From assembly GCA_963665115.1 (NCBI GenBank), contig OY762007.1, positions 7,072,001-7,136,000 of the forward strand: a stretch of 64,000 nt of DNA, given 5' to 3'. The translations under genes were made by a program, and so were the position numbers. The stretch comes from an uncultured Rivularia sp. GTDB taxonomy: Bacteria > Cyanobacteriota > Cyanobacteriia > Cyanobacteriales > Nostocaceae. Of this stretch, positions 47,118 to 56,162 are shown one piece after another. The stretch's first letter is position 1, and each line of letters starts with the position of its first letter. Below the pieces are notes generated by a model, which saw only the letters and a list, made by a program, of their open reading frames with translations, did no database searches and was not told the DNA's origin.

Positions 47118-48521
47118 ATGACAGTCAACAGCAATCTAAATTTTTCTGAAACAGAGGATGATATTCTAGTATTCGAGGAAGATGAAACCGATAATCTTGC
47201 GGTAGATACATCTTTGAAACAAGCTTGGAAAATAATTATTGTGGATGATGAACCCACAGTACATCAAGTAACTAAATTAGCTATAAAAAACTTAGTTTTT
47301 GATAATAAACCCTTAACTTTTTTTTCTGCTTATTCTAGTCAAGAAGCCAAAGAATTAATTGCTGCTCATACCGATACCGCTTTAATTCTACTTGATGTGG
47401 TGATGGATGTTAATGATGCTGGTTTACAAGTAGTTAAATATATTCGCGAAGAATTACAAAATAAACGAGTCAGAATTATTTTACGCACTGGACAACCGGG
47501 AGAAGCACCGGAAGAATCGGTAATAATTAATTATGATATTAACGATTACAAACTTAAAGTTGAACTCACCAGACAAAAGTTACTTACTACAACTATTGCT
47601 GCTTTACGTTCCTATCGAGATTTTACCATTATTGAAGAACAATCTATCAAATTAACCCAAGCCTTAGAAACTTTACAAAATGCTCAACTTCAATTAATTC
47701 AAAGTGAGAAAATGTCAGCGTTGGGTAATTTAGTTGCAGGAATTGCACACGAAATTAATAACCCAATTGGGTTTGTTGCTGGGAACTTAAAAATGGCACG
47801 AGAATATATAGGCGATTTATTTGGATTAATTGGACTATACCAAAAATATTATCCAAATCCAGAGTCAGAAATTGAAGAACTAATAGAAGAAATAGATTTA
47901 GAATATTTACAAGATGACTTACCCAAATTATTTGATTCTTTAAAAATAGGTTCCGAACGTATTCGTAATATTAGTACTAGTTTACGTACATTTTCAAGAG
48001 GAGATACCGAGCAGAAAATACCATTTAATATTCATGAAGGGATTGATAGTACTATTTTGATTCTTAGACATCGTTTAAAAGCTAATGAGTCACATCCTCC
48101 GGTTAAAGTGATAAAGAACTATGGAGATTTGCCTTTAATTAATTGTTATTCAGGACAACTCAATCAAGTATTCATGAATTTATTAGCTAACGCTATTGAT
48201 ACTTTAGAAGAATCCAATATAGGAAAAAGTTTTGAGGAAATTGAAGAAAATTTAAAACAAATTGAAATTACTACAAGTTTAACAGCAGACGAAAAAACTG
48301 CTGCAATCAAAATTGCGGATAACGGTACAGGAATTCCCGAAGAAGTCAAACAAAGAATTTTTGATAATTTATTTACAACAAAAGCAGTAGGAAAAGGTAC
48401 CGGGTTAGGTTTATCAATTGCACGTCAAATTATTGTAGATAAGCATAGTGGTAATTTAAGTTTTAATTCTGAAATTGGCAAAGGAACGGAATTTATTATT
48501 GAAATTCCGGTTAACAGTTAA
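47118..48521 (+). CDS. Hybrid receiver-histidine kinase
   Basis: Receiver domain IVDDE...LLDVVM...RTGQPG; IAHEINNP, LNQVFMN, DNGTG and GTGLGL. Likely start is ATG 47118. Confidence 0.9.
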   Translation: MTVNSNLNFSETEDDILVFEEDETDNLAVDTSLKQAWKIIIVDDEPTVHQVTKLAIKNLVFDNKPLTFFSAYSSQEAKELIAAHTDTALILLDVVMDVNDAGLQVVKYIREELQNKRVRIILRTGQPGEAPEESVIINYDINDYKLKVELTRQKLLTTTIAALRSYRDFTIIEEQSIKLTQALETLQNAQLQLIQSEKMSALGNLVAGIAHEINNPIGFVAGNLKMAREYIGDLFGLIGLYQKYYPNPESEIEELIEEIDLEYLQDDLPKLFDSLKIGSERIRNISTSLRTFSRGDTEQKIPFNIHEGIDSTILILRHRLKANESHPPVKVIKNYGDLPLINCYSGQLNQVFMNLLANAIDTLEESNIGKSFEEIEENLKQIEITTSLTADEKTAAIKIADNGTGIPEEVKQRIFDNLFTTKAVGKGTGLGLSIARQIIVDKHSGNLSFNSEIGKGTEFIIEIPVNS

Positions 48522-48591
48522 CAATTGTTCACCCAGAGGGTGTGGATCGTCAGTGAGCAGCTAATTTTTAGTAGTTAAAAAGAGTTTATTC

Positions 48592-48969
48592 ATGATTAGT
48601 AAAAGTTTAATTTACGATAAATTTATATCTCACACCATTTTAAACGCAGCTTTTAAAGCCGCCTCGGAATCAATTCCAAGGCTCATATACAAAGTACGTT
48701 AAAACGCACTGAAAATGCTTTTCCAGTCTGATTTATCAGACTTTGTGTGTGAGCCTGAGAATTTATTCTAAGGTGGTTATGCAAGAATGATGCAAGATGT
48801 CACTAAAACTTATAAAGAATGTCGAAAAACTAAATTTTGGCTCAATTTACTTAAAGATACAAACTATATTTATTTCAAAACATTTAATAGCATTCACGCA
48901 GATGCAGATGAACTATCTAAAATGTTGTTCTCTATTCTCAAATCATCTCGCTTAATAAAAAAATCGTAA
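48592..48969 (+). pseudogene. Four-helix-bundle (TIGR02436-like) gene disrupted by a MITE
   Basis: MISKSLIYDK start and C-terminal KECRKTKFWLNLLKDTNYI...DADELSKMLFSI. The middle is replaced by the element at 48625-48800. Confidence 0.65.
48625..48800. mobile_element. MITE-like element (~176 bp)
   Basis: Imperfect termini ATATCTCACACCATT / AATGATGCAAGATGT and an internal inverted repeat GGCTCATATACAAAGT / ACTTTGTGTGTGAGCC. Confidence 0.65.
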
Positions 48970-49040
48970 AATATTCAGGAGCGTCCCAAATTGAAGCATT
49001 TGAAATATTCCCAAATATTTACTGCTCACTGATAACTGAT

Positions 49041-50438
49041 TCAAAGTTCCATTACTTTGCGATAGTGGGTTTCAATTTCTTTGACTGTTTTTGATTTACG
49101 CTTGGTTTGCCATTCACTATGTTTAAATAATTCCTGCCGTAAGTTATCAACGTCGATATTTTTAACTTTTCCACCACCTACTATTAATTTTCCATTTACC
49201 CAAGCACTATCTACCACATTTGTAGGTCTTCCTAAGACTAATAAACCAACTGGATCGGTACGCGGTAATAATGATAAACTTGTTAGATCGTACATGACTA
49301 AATCGGCTTTTTTACCAACTGTCAAAGATCCAATTTCTTCTCCTAAATTCAAACCTTTTGCACCACCTAAAGATGCCATTTCAATTGATTCTCTAGGTGT
49401 AATCCAATGCTGATAATCTAAATCGGTAATGTTATGCAATATCGAACCCATTTTGATCGCTTCTAATAAATCTTGAGAATCGTTACTTGATGCACCATCG
49501 CAACCAAAAGATACATTAACTCCTGCTTGACGATATTTTAAAATCGGTGCAATTCCACTTCCCAAACGTAAATTACTCAAGGGATTATGAACTACTGTAG
49601 ATTTAGTTTCTGTAAGAATATTAATATCGCTATCTGTTAAATGAACGCAATGGGCTAAAGAAGTGCGATGATTTAAATAACCAATTTTATGTAAATGCTC
49701 GACAGCCGTACAGCCATATTTTTCTTTAGCTAACTTTTCTTGAGCTTTAGTTTCTAATAAATGCGAATGACGGCAAAGATTATATTTATCGCTTAACTCA
49801 ATACATCCTTTAAATAAAACATCGCTACAAAGTTGAATTCCCGTCGGTGCTAACGCAAAATAAATTCCATCTTCCGGTTTGTGAAACTTATTTATCGCTG
49901 ATTCCATGATTTCCAAAGTCGCTTGAGTCGAGCGAAAATAATCCTCATGAGTTACTTCCGATTCACCCGAAGGCATCCCAGCAGTAAGGGATTGATCTTG
50001 AATTAAAGGTGCGATAATTGCCCGAATACCAACTTTTTGATAAGCTTCAACAGCCACGGTGATAGTTTCAAGCTCCTTGCCAGGAATCAAAACTAAATGA
50101 TCGACAACAGTCGTACCACCCGACAGCAAAGTTTCTACAGCAGTACCCAAAGCACTCAGATAAACTTGCTCCGTATCGAGGGGTGCAAAATCATAAAGCT
50201 CAGCCAACCATAGCTCCAAAGGATAAATCGACATTATCCCCCGCTGCCACATTTCCGAAGAGTGAGTGTGAGCGTTAACAAATCCTGGCAACAGTAACTT
50301 ATTCGTGCCATCAATTGCTTCGCCGATAACATCCAAACCAGCAGAAACCTTTTGGATATTGCCATCTTTGATTTGCACATCTACCGCTGCGTAATCATCC
50401 TCAGTTGGAATTAAAACATTTTGAATTGTAAAGTTCAT
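49041..50438 (-). CDS. Metal-dependent amidohydrolase/deaminase (Atz/Trz-like)
   Basis: PGFVNAHTH, HSHLLE (HxxE), AHCVH, HNPLSN, GCDGASSN and GKKADL. Confidence 0.9.
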   Translation of the reverse strand: MNFTIQNVLIPTEDDYAAVDVQIKDGNIQKVSAGLDVIGEAIDGTNKLLLPGFVNAHTHSSEMWQRGIMSIYPLELWLAELYDFAPLDTEQVYLSALGTAVETLLSGGTTVVDHLVLIPGKELETITVAVEAYQKVGIRAIIAPLIQDQSLTAGMPSGESEVTHEDYFRSTQATLEIMESAINKFHKPEDGIYFALAPTGIQLCSDVLFKGCIELSDKYNLCRHSHLLETKAQEKLAKEKYGCTAVEHLHKIGYLNHRTSLAHCVHLTDSDINILTETKSTVVHNPLSNLRLGSGIAPILKYRQAGVNVSFGCDGASSNDSQDLLEAIKMGSILHNITDLDYQHWITPRESIEMASLGGAKGLNLGEEIGSLTVGKKADLVMYDLTSLSLLPRTDPVGLLVLGRPTNVVDSAWVNGKLIVGGGKVKNIDVDNLRQELFKHSEWQTKRKSKTVKEIETHYRKVMEL

Positions 50439-50547
50439 TTTGTGTTAGTGGTTAGTTGTTAGTTGTTAGTTGTTGGGCATGGGGGATGGGGCATAGGGCA
50501 TTGGGCATTGGGAGTTAGGAGTTAAAAGTTATGAATTAAAATTATTT

Positions 50548-50625
50548 CTCCCCCTCTCCCCCCTCTCCCCCCTCTACCCCCTCTCCCCCCTCTACCCCCC
50601 TCTCCCCCCTCTACCCCCTCTACCT
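50548..50625. repeat. C-rich 9-10-mer tandem repeat (CCCCCTCT[A/C]) abutting the start codon
   Basis: About eight tandem units ending just before ATG 50626. Confidence 0.9.
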
Positions 50626-51399
50626 ATGAAACCACTACAACCCCTGGGAGTTGCACCGAATGCTTGGATGGTAAACGATACTATCGCAGACATTACTCGC
50701 TCTCAATTAGATCCACAACCCGTTATTGTAGCTACTGAAACCAAAAATGTGCGCTTTGATTTGGCAAAAACCGCAATTATCGTTATTGATATGCAGAACG
50801 ATTTTTGTCATCCCGATGGTTGGTTGGCACATATTGGAGTCGATGTAACTCCCGCACGGCAAGCAATTGAGCCTTTACAAAGTTTACTTCCAGTGCTGCG
50901 ATCGCACAACGTACCCGTGATATGGCTCAACTGGGGGAATCGTGCCGATTTACTCAATATTAGTGCTGGTTTGCGTCACGTTTACAATCCCGATGGTGAA
51001 AGTATAGGTTTAGGAGATGCGTTACCCAGCAACAATGCCAAAGTTCTCACAAAAGATAGCTGGGCTGCGGCAGTTGTGGATGAATTAGAACAATTACCTG
51101 ATGATATTTACATAGACAAGTTTAGGATGAGCGGCTTTTGGGATACGCCTTTAGACAGCATTTTAAAGAATTTAGGTAAAAAAACATTATTATTCGCAGG
51201 TGTCAACGCCGACCAATGCGTTCTCTGTACCTTACAAGATGCTAATTTTTTAGGATATGACTGCATTTTTATCAAAGACTGTAGCGCCACCACTTCACCA
51301 GAATATTGCTGGTTAGCAACCCTTTATAACATTAAACAATTATTTGGTTTTGTTACAGACTCGCAAGCAATTGTTGAAGGAATCAAGGAAGGGGGATAG
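50626..51399 (+). CDS. Cysteine hydrolase (isochorismatase superfamily; RutB/biuret-hydrolase-like)
   Basis: Asp-Lys-Cys triad in IDMQNDF, IDKFRMS and GVNADQC. Confidence 0.9.
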   Translation: MKPLQPLGVAPNAWMVNDTIADITRSQLDPQPVIVATETKNVRFDLAKTAIIVIDMQNDFCHPDGWLAHIGVDVTPARQAIEPLQSLLPVLRSHNVPVIWLNWGNRADLLNISAGLRHVYNPDGESIGLGDALPSNNAKVLTKDSWAAAVVDELEQLPDDIYIDKFRMSGFWDTPLDSILKNLGKKTLLFAGVNADQCVLCTLQDANFLGYDCIFIKDCSATTSPEYCWLATLYNIKQLFGFVTDSQAIVEGIKEGG

Positions 51400-51429
51400 G
51401 GTGAGGGGAGATGGGGAGACATTATTAAA

Positions 51430-51696
51430 GTAGTGAGTAGTGAGTAGTGAGTAGTGAGTAGTGAGTAGCGAGTTATTTGTTTATCTCTAAGCGTGTAAAA
51501 ATAAACAGAGCTAGGTATTAATTTACTACTCCCTACTTTCTACTCCCTACTTGCTACTCCCTACTTGCTACTCCCTACTTGCTACTCCCTACTTGCTACT
51601 CCCTACTTTCTACTCCCTACTTTCTACTCCCTACTCCCTACTTGCTACTCCCTACTCCCTACTCCCTACTCTCTACTCCCTACTCCCTACTCCCTA
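51430..51696. repeat. STRR tracts (TAGTGAG)n and (CTACTCC/CTACTT[G/T])n
   Basis: Heptamer arrays in inverted orientation in the intergenic gap. Confidence 0.9.
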
Positions 51697-51701
51697 GTGA
51701 T

Positions 51702-52187
51702 ATGATTAACAGTTGCGTAATTCCGGTTATTAAGTCTCCTTCTGATTATCAAGCGTATCGGATTAGCCCTGATGATTCTAACCGTTTAGCGATTGTTTTC
51801 GATCCGGCGATCGCCAATTCATCGTTGACTTGTTGTGTGGAGATTTTTGATGTGGGTGGTAAGACTCCGCCAAATCGCCATTTGTTTGCTTTGGAGATGT
51901 TTTTTATTCTCAAAGGGGAAGGTAGAGCAACTTGCGATGGTAAGACTGTAAATATCAAAGCTGGAGATAGTTTACTGGTTCCTGCTACTGGTACTCACCT
52001 GATTGAAAATACGGGTTTGGGACGTTTATATACTTTAACTATTATGGTTCCCAATGAAGATTTTGCCGAACTAATTCGCAGCGGTACACCTGTTGAATTA
52101 GATGCCGAAGATATGGCGGTTTTGGGTAGGCATTCGACAATGGATAGCGAGCAGTTAGGCAGCGAACAATTAATAATTAATAATTAA
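51702..52187 (+). CDS. Cupin domain protein
   Basis: TPPNRH...EMFFILKGEG...AGDSLLVP...THLIEN. The real start is ATG 51702; the upstream extension is translated STRR. Confidence 0.88.
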   Translation: MINSCVIPVIKSPSDYQAYRISPDDSNRLAIVFDPAIANSSLTCCVEIFDVGGKTPPNRHLFALEMFFILKGEGRATCDGKTVNIKAGDSLLVPATGTHLIENTGLGRLYTLTIMVPNEDFAELIRSGTPVELDAEDMAVLGRHSTMDSEQLGSEQLIINN

Positions 52188-52245
52188 ATTCTCATACTTC
52201 GTTTTTACAACAAGCTCTGTTTTGATTCTGGATAAAAACAAAAAA

Positions 52246-52926
52246 ATGGCTTTAAAGTTAGAAAATGTGGTTCCTTGGGGACGCTGTTTTGATGAGTACG
52301 TTAAGATGTTTGATTTATCTTCTAACGAACTTAAGTTAAATATAGTTGATTGTGGCGGGGGACCTTCAAGTTTTAATGCTGAGATGATGCCAATCGGTGG
52401 TAAAGTTATATCTTGCGACCCTATTTATCAGTTTACCGTTGAAGAAATTCAAAGCCGTATTAAACAAATTTATTCAAAGATGATTGAAGGAGTTAAAGCC
52501 ACTCCAGATACATTTGTTTGGCAAAATATTGCTTCTCCCGATGAATTAGGAAAAGTCAGAATGACTGCAATGAATAATTTTCTTGCTGACTTCCCACAAG
52601 GTATTTCACAAAAACGCTACGTTAAATCGGAATTACCAAATCTTCCCTTCACCGACGGTAAATTTGATTTAGCATTATGCTCTCATTTTTTGTTTACCTA
52701 TTCCAATATATTATCCGCAGATTTTCACGTTGACTCAATTGTGGAAATGCGACGAGTTGCTTCGCAAGTGCGAGTCTTTCCCCTAGTCACTCAATTTGAT
52801 GGCGAAACTTCCCCCCATCTCGAAGCTGTAATTGATCGGTTAAATGCTCGTGGTTTCCAAGTTGAGGTGAGGAAGGTTGATTACGAATTTCAGAAAGGTG
52901 GTAATCAAATGCTTTGGGTAAGGTAA
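52246..52926 (+). CDS. Class I SAM-dependent methyltransferase-like protein
   Basis: VDCGGGPSSF motif I and LPFTDGKFDLALCSHFLF. Confidence 0.8.
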   Translation: MALKLENVVPWGRCFDEYVKMFDLSSNELKLNIVDCGGGPSSFNAEMMPIGGKVISCDPIYQFTVEEIQSRIKQIYSKMIEGVKATPDTFVWQNIASPDELGKVRMTAMNNFLADFPQGISQKRYVKSELPNLPFTDGKFDLALCSHFLFTYSNILSADFHVDSIVEMRRVASQVRVFPLVTQFDGETSPHLEAVIDRLNARGFQVEVRKVDYEFQKGGNQMLWVR

Positions 52927-53070
52927 ATCTTGTTGCGGTTGATTTTTACCTGTTAATTATTCCGAAAATAGACCATATATAGGCGCACCTATTTCCATTA
53001 TATTTTTTATAATATCATGATTTTTATTTAATTAAAAGTCCCTTTTTTAAAAAGAATTTTGTCATCAAAA

Positions 53071-53102
53071 GCCCCCCTTAAAAAGGGGGGTTGGGGGGAT
53101 CT
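53071..53102. repeat. Cyanobacterial CCCCCC-TTAAAAA-GGGGGG small dispersed repeat
   Basis: GCCCCCCTTAAAAAGGGGGGTTGGGGGGATCT between convergent genes. Confidence 0.6.
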
Positions 53103-53141
53103 AATTTATGGTTCACATTACTAATTCAATTATTTCCCCTA

Positions 53142-53522
53142 TCAATCGTCATAACTAAAATTCAAAGCAACAAAATTATTAGAGCCAGGAGCTTGACATA
53201 ATACTTCCTTTCTCCTCGATCGCTCATCTCTGACACAACTTACCTGTCGTTTAAAAGCTTGCAAATTATTTTTATATCTACCGGGATCTATGCGAAGTCT
53301 TTTGCGAAACTGTCCCCAAGTTACATCAACAATTTTATCACCGCAAACCATTTCAACTTCCCCGCGCTCGATATCAACATCACCGAAATCAACTTCAACT
53401 TCTGCATCTTCGATTTCAACAAAATTGCAGGCTTCCATCGTGGTGCGGTTTCCGCAAGCAGATAGCATTGCGATCGCGCTGAGTGTAAATCCGGCTGTAA
53501 TAATAGTTGGTAATATTTTCAT
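53142..53522 (-). CDS. Hypothetical lipoprotein
   Basis: Signal peptide with an LSAC lipobox and four further Cys residues. Confidence 0.75.
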   Translation of the reverse strand: MKILPTIITAGFTLSAIAMLSACGNRTTMEACNFVEIEDAEVEVDFGDVDIERGEVEMVCGDKIVDVTWGQFRKRLRIDPGRYKNNLQAFKRQVSCVRDERSRRKEVLCQAPGSNNFVALNFSYDD

Positions 53523-54167
53523 TTTGTATCTTCCCTATTCCCTATTCCCTGTTCCCCATTCTCTAACTGTAATTTGCACTGCCCAAAAACATAGTTAATT
53601 GCAGCGAATAATCTTTCTAATTCCTGAATAGTATAGAATATCTTATTTTGTGTAAAAATATCTATATTTAATTTACCAAACTGCCATATTAATCCATTAG
53701 AAACAATACCAAATATAGTTTGCTCTGGCATTTGATTCAACCGCTGTACTGCTATCATTTCAGCCAAACATTGACCCCCAGCCTTCAGAAAAATCGCTTT
53801 CTTTCTTAGCTTCAACTAAGACAAAATAAGGTTTATCAAATACTACAGAACCCAGGGGAGAGCGTTTTGCTAAAACATAATCGGGAACACCGCATAATTT
53901 ATCGTCATAATTTAAAGCTTGATGGCTCCAAAGTAGAAAATTACTGCGATAAACTTTCCAAACCTCTTTTAAAATCGGATAAATAATATTTTCACAAATT
54001 GCGCTTTCGGAATTATCAACAACTCCTTCATTAAACATTAATTCTAATTCTTGGCGGAAAAAATCGTTAATTGTAAATTCGGTTTCTGTAATAAAATCGT
54101 CTCGAATATATTTTATTTTAAATTCTTTGGCTACGGTACCGATATTTTTGTAACTACTGCAAGGCAT
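53519..54167 (-). CDS. PD-(D/E)XK/HsdR_N-like hypothetical protein (+1 frameshift at 53775-53779)
   Basis: GVPDYVLA...VLVEAKK...GW|GQCLAEM...FGIVSNGLIWQF. Confidence 0.75.
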
Positions 54168-54171
54168 TTTA

Positions 54172-54221
54172 CCTGGCGGTTGAAACCGCTGCTACACAAA
54201 CAAAACCCACCTCCGTGGGTT
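54172..54221. repeat. Two-hairpin small dispersed element, copy 3
   Basis: GCGGT-TGAA-ACCGC-T-GCTAC...AACCCAC-CTCC-GTGGGTT. Confidence 0.75.
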
Positions 54222-54399
54222 AAATTAGGAGTATTATTATATAGAAATTGTATAACGATAAATTAGCACATTATTTATATGAATTTTAATAAATTGTGCT
54301 ATTTTAAAACGGTTTTATTAAACCGAGTATTCGGGTTGGGTTATCATGACATAATATTTTTTGATGCAATAATCAAGTTAATGCAATTAAAGCATCCTA

Positions 54400-54789
54400 T
54401 TAGTTGAGAGTTTTAACGCTTGGGTATGCGATGATTTTTGTGTCAGCAGTCATTAAAGGACAGTCATATACTTTTGATGTTGCAACAATGATTTGATCCG
54501 AAGGATCGCGGTGAAAACCGATAAGTTTTGTGGATTCAACAATTATCGGAATCGTTAGTTCAATTCGCTCTATTCCTGGATAAGCTAAAGCAGCAGTTAA
54601 CCATTCATCAACAGGAATAGACAAATTTATTCTATTAAGCTCGACTAACTTTGCTACTTCCCAACAAGAAATAATACTTATACCCAATCCTTGAGATTGG
54701 TATTCATCTATCCAATCGAGATACTTTTTCGTTAATCGCGGATCTTCATTAACCCACCAAACCCAAATATGTGTATCTAGTATTATCAT
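54400..54789 (-). CDS. vapC: VapC-family PIN toxin
   Basis: IILDTHIWVWW, ISCWEV, HRDPSDQIIVAT and LMTAD. The start overlaps the upstream stop codon. Confidence 0.88.
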   Translation of the reverse strand: MIILDTHIWVWWVNEDPRLTKKYLDWIDEYQSQGLGISIISCWEVAKLVELNRINLSIPVDEWLTAALAYPGIERIELTIPIIVESTKLIGFHRDPSDQIIVATSKVYDCPLMTADTKIIAYPSVKTLN

Positions 54790-55004
54790 TGCAGCACTTC
54801 CCAATCTTCTAAAGGTATAGCAGATTCAAATGGCTGTTCGTATTGAATTACTGTACCTTTTAAACTACGGGGATTTGCTTGTTGCTGGGAAGATTGATTT
54901 TCTAAAATGATTATTTCGACTGATTCTCCAGCCCGAAAAGGTAAATCTTTCAGATTTAAAGCACCGTTTTCAGTTAAAGTTACTTCTACGCGATGGGCTT
55001 TCAT
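54786..55004 (-). CDS. Putative antitoxin partner of VapC
   Basis: 72-aa gene translationally coupled upstream of the PIN gene; LPFRAGESVEIII beta motif and an acidic YEQPFES...EDWE tail. Confidence 0.75.
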   Translation of the reverse strand: MKAHRVEVTLTENGALNLKDLPFRAGESVEIIILENQSSQQQANPRSLKGTVIQYEQPFESAIPLEDWEVLQ

Positions 55005-55215
55005 AATTATTTCCTAACTCTTCTTTTAATTTAGAGTATACTGCCATTTTTCTGATGCATGACAGTACTTGATTTCGAGTCTCTTCGCTAATATAACGAC
55101 TGGTAGACAAACCGATAATTCCCTGGTTTCTTTTACTTTTCTATAAAATTATTTCTTCTTTTATCATTCTATTAATATGTTATACTCTTAAAAAATAAAT
55201 TTATTTTTGATAATC

Positions 55216-55619
55216 ATGGCTAAGTATACATCACCAGATGGTCATATTTTTGAAGGAGACGATTAGGATGAAGTTCGGAAATTAGTAGATGCTGTGTTAG
55301 GAGCAAATTCTCCGTTTGCACCTAAAGCTACACCTACAAACAATAATCAGAGCATACCTTCTGTAAACGACTTTAAAGAAGCCTATAAAGATTTAGAGTT
55401 AAAAAAATTTCTTGATTTTGTTAAACAAGAAGGTAGTAGTGGAGTTATTAGCGATAATGATTTTAAGCTAAAAACTGGAAAAAAATCTATGTCTGGATTG
55501 TGTAAGAGTTTTAAACGTAATACTAATGGAGCATCTTTAAGTGTATTAATTAAAAAAATTCTATAAACAATGTATATGAAGTAAATCTGTCTGCTTACAA
55601 TAATTTAATACAAGCCTAG
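55216..55619 (+). pseudogene. Hypothetical gene with an internal TAG (55264) and a probable frameshift near its 3' end
   Basis: ATG 55216 gives MAKYTSPDGHIFEGDD*DEVRKLVDAV, in frame with ORF 55294. The A-run near 55552 could shift into ...NSINNVYEVNLSAYNNLIQA*. Confidence 0.5.
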
Positions 55620-55723
55620 AGAATACATTGTTTTAGCAATAGTATTGCCAGAGTTAAGCATAGCTCTGACATTTGAATTAATATTTTTTAAAACTCTTAC
55701 AAAAAAAGAAAGTAAAAGAAAAA

Positions 55724-55987
55724 TTACTTATCTAATAAATTATTTCTTACAATCCGGTTCACTAAGCTAAGATAATCATCTAGTTCTTCGTATCTATCTA
55801 ATTCTTTTTCTTCTTCAACAGTTAAAGTATAATCTTGTTGTCTATAGATTAATGTCTCAATACGTTGCTGTACCTCAGTTGAAGCGCGAAAAATCGGTAT
55901 TCCTTCAACTAATTCAATACGAACTGCATTATCTAAGGGTAAATTTTCAGGTAAATAATGCAGATTAAGAGATAAGTTAGCTGTCAT
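55724..55987 (-). CDS. Small hypothetical protein (antitoxin-like helical family)
   Basis: GIPIFRASTEVQQRIETL...LTVEEEKELDRYEELDDYLS pattern. Confidence 0.65.
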   Translation of the reverse strand: MTANLSLNLHYLPENLPLDNAVRIELVEGIPIFRASTEVQQRIETLIYRQQDYTLTVEEEKELDRYEELDDYLSLVNRIVRNNLLDK

Positions 55988-56082
55988 CGTTTTTATCTAA
56001 GTTTTTATCTAATATCTTAATTCTCATTTTAATTTAAATTCTCTCCATCCCCTTATATCCCTACTTCCCCATAAGCTAACTG

Positions 56083-56150
56083 GTGCGTGACGGTAAATTC
56101 AAATAATCTGGTTACATCGAAAAGTTATCGTAACCGTCACAGCACCCTAC
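56083..56150. repeat. GTAG-led long inverted repeat (REP doublet-like)
   Basis: GGTGCGTGACGG...CCGTCACAGCACC-CTAC. Confidence 0.6.
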
Positions 56151-56162
56151 ATTAGATCTCCC

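Noticed and set aside
48592..48969. Avd-like four-helix bundle suggesting a diversity-generating retroelement
   Set aside because: No reverse transcriptase and no template/variable repeat pair in the window; the gene is broken.
51579..51701. LLPTPYS-repeat N-terminal extension of the cupin
   Set aside because: Translation of a heptameric STRR tract from a TTG. A proper ATG lies at 51702.
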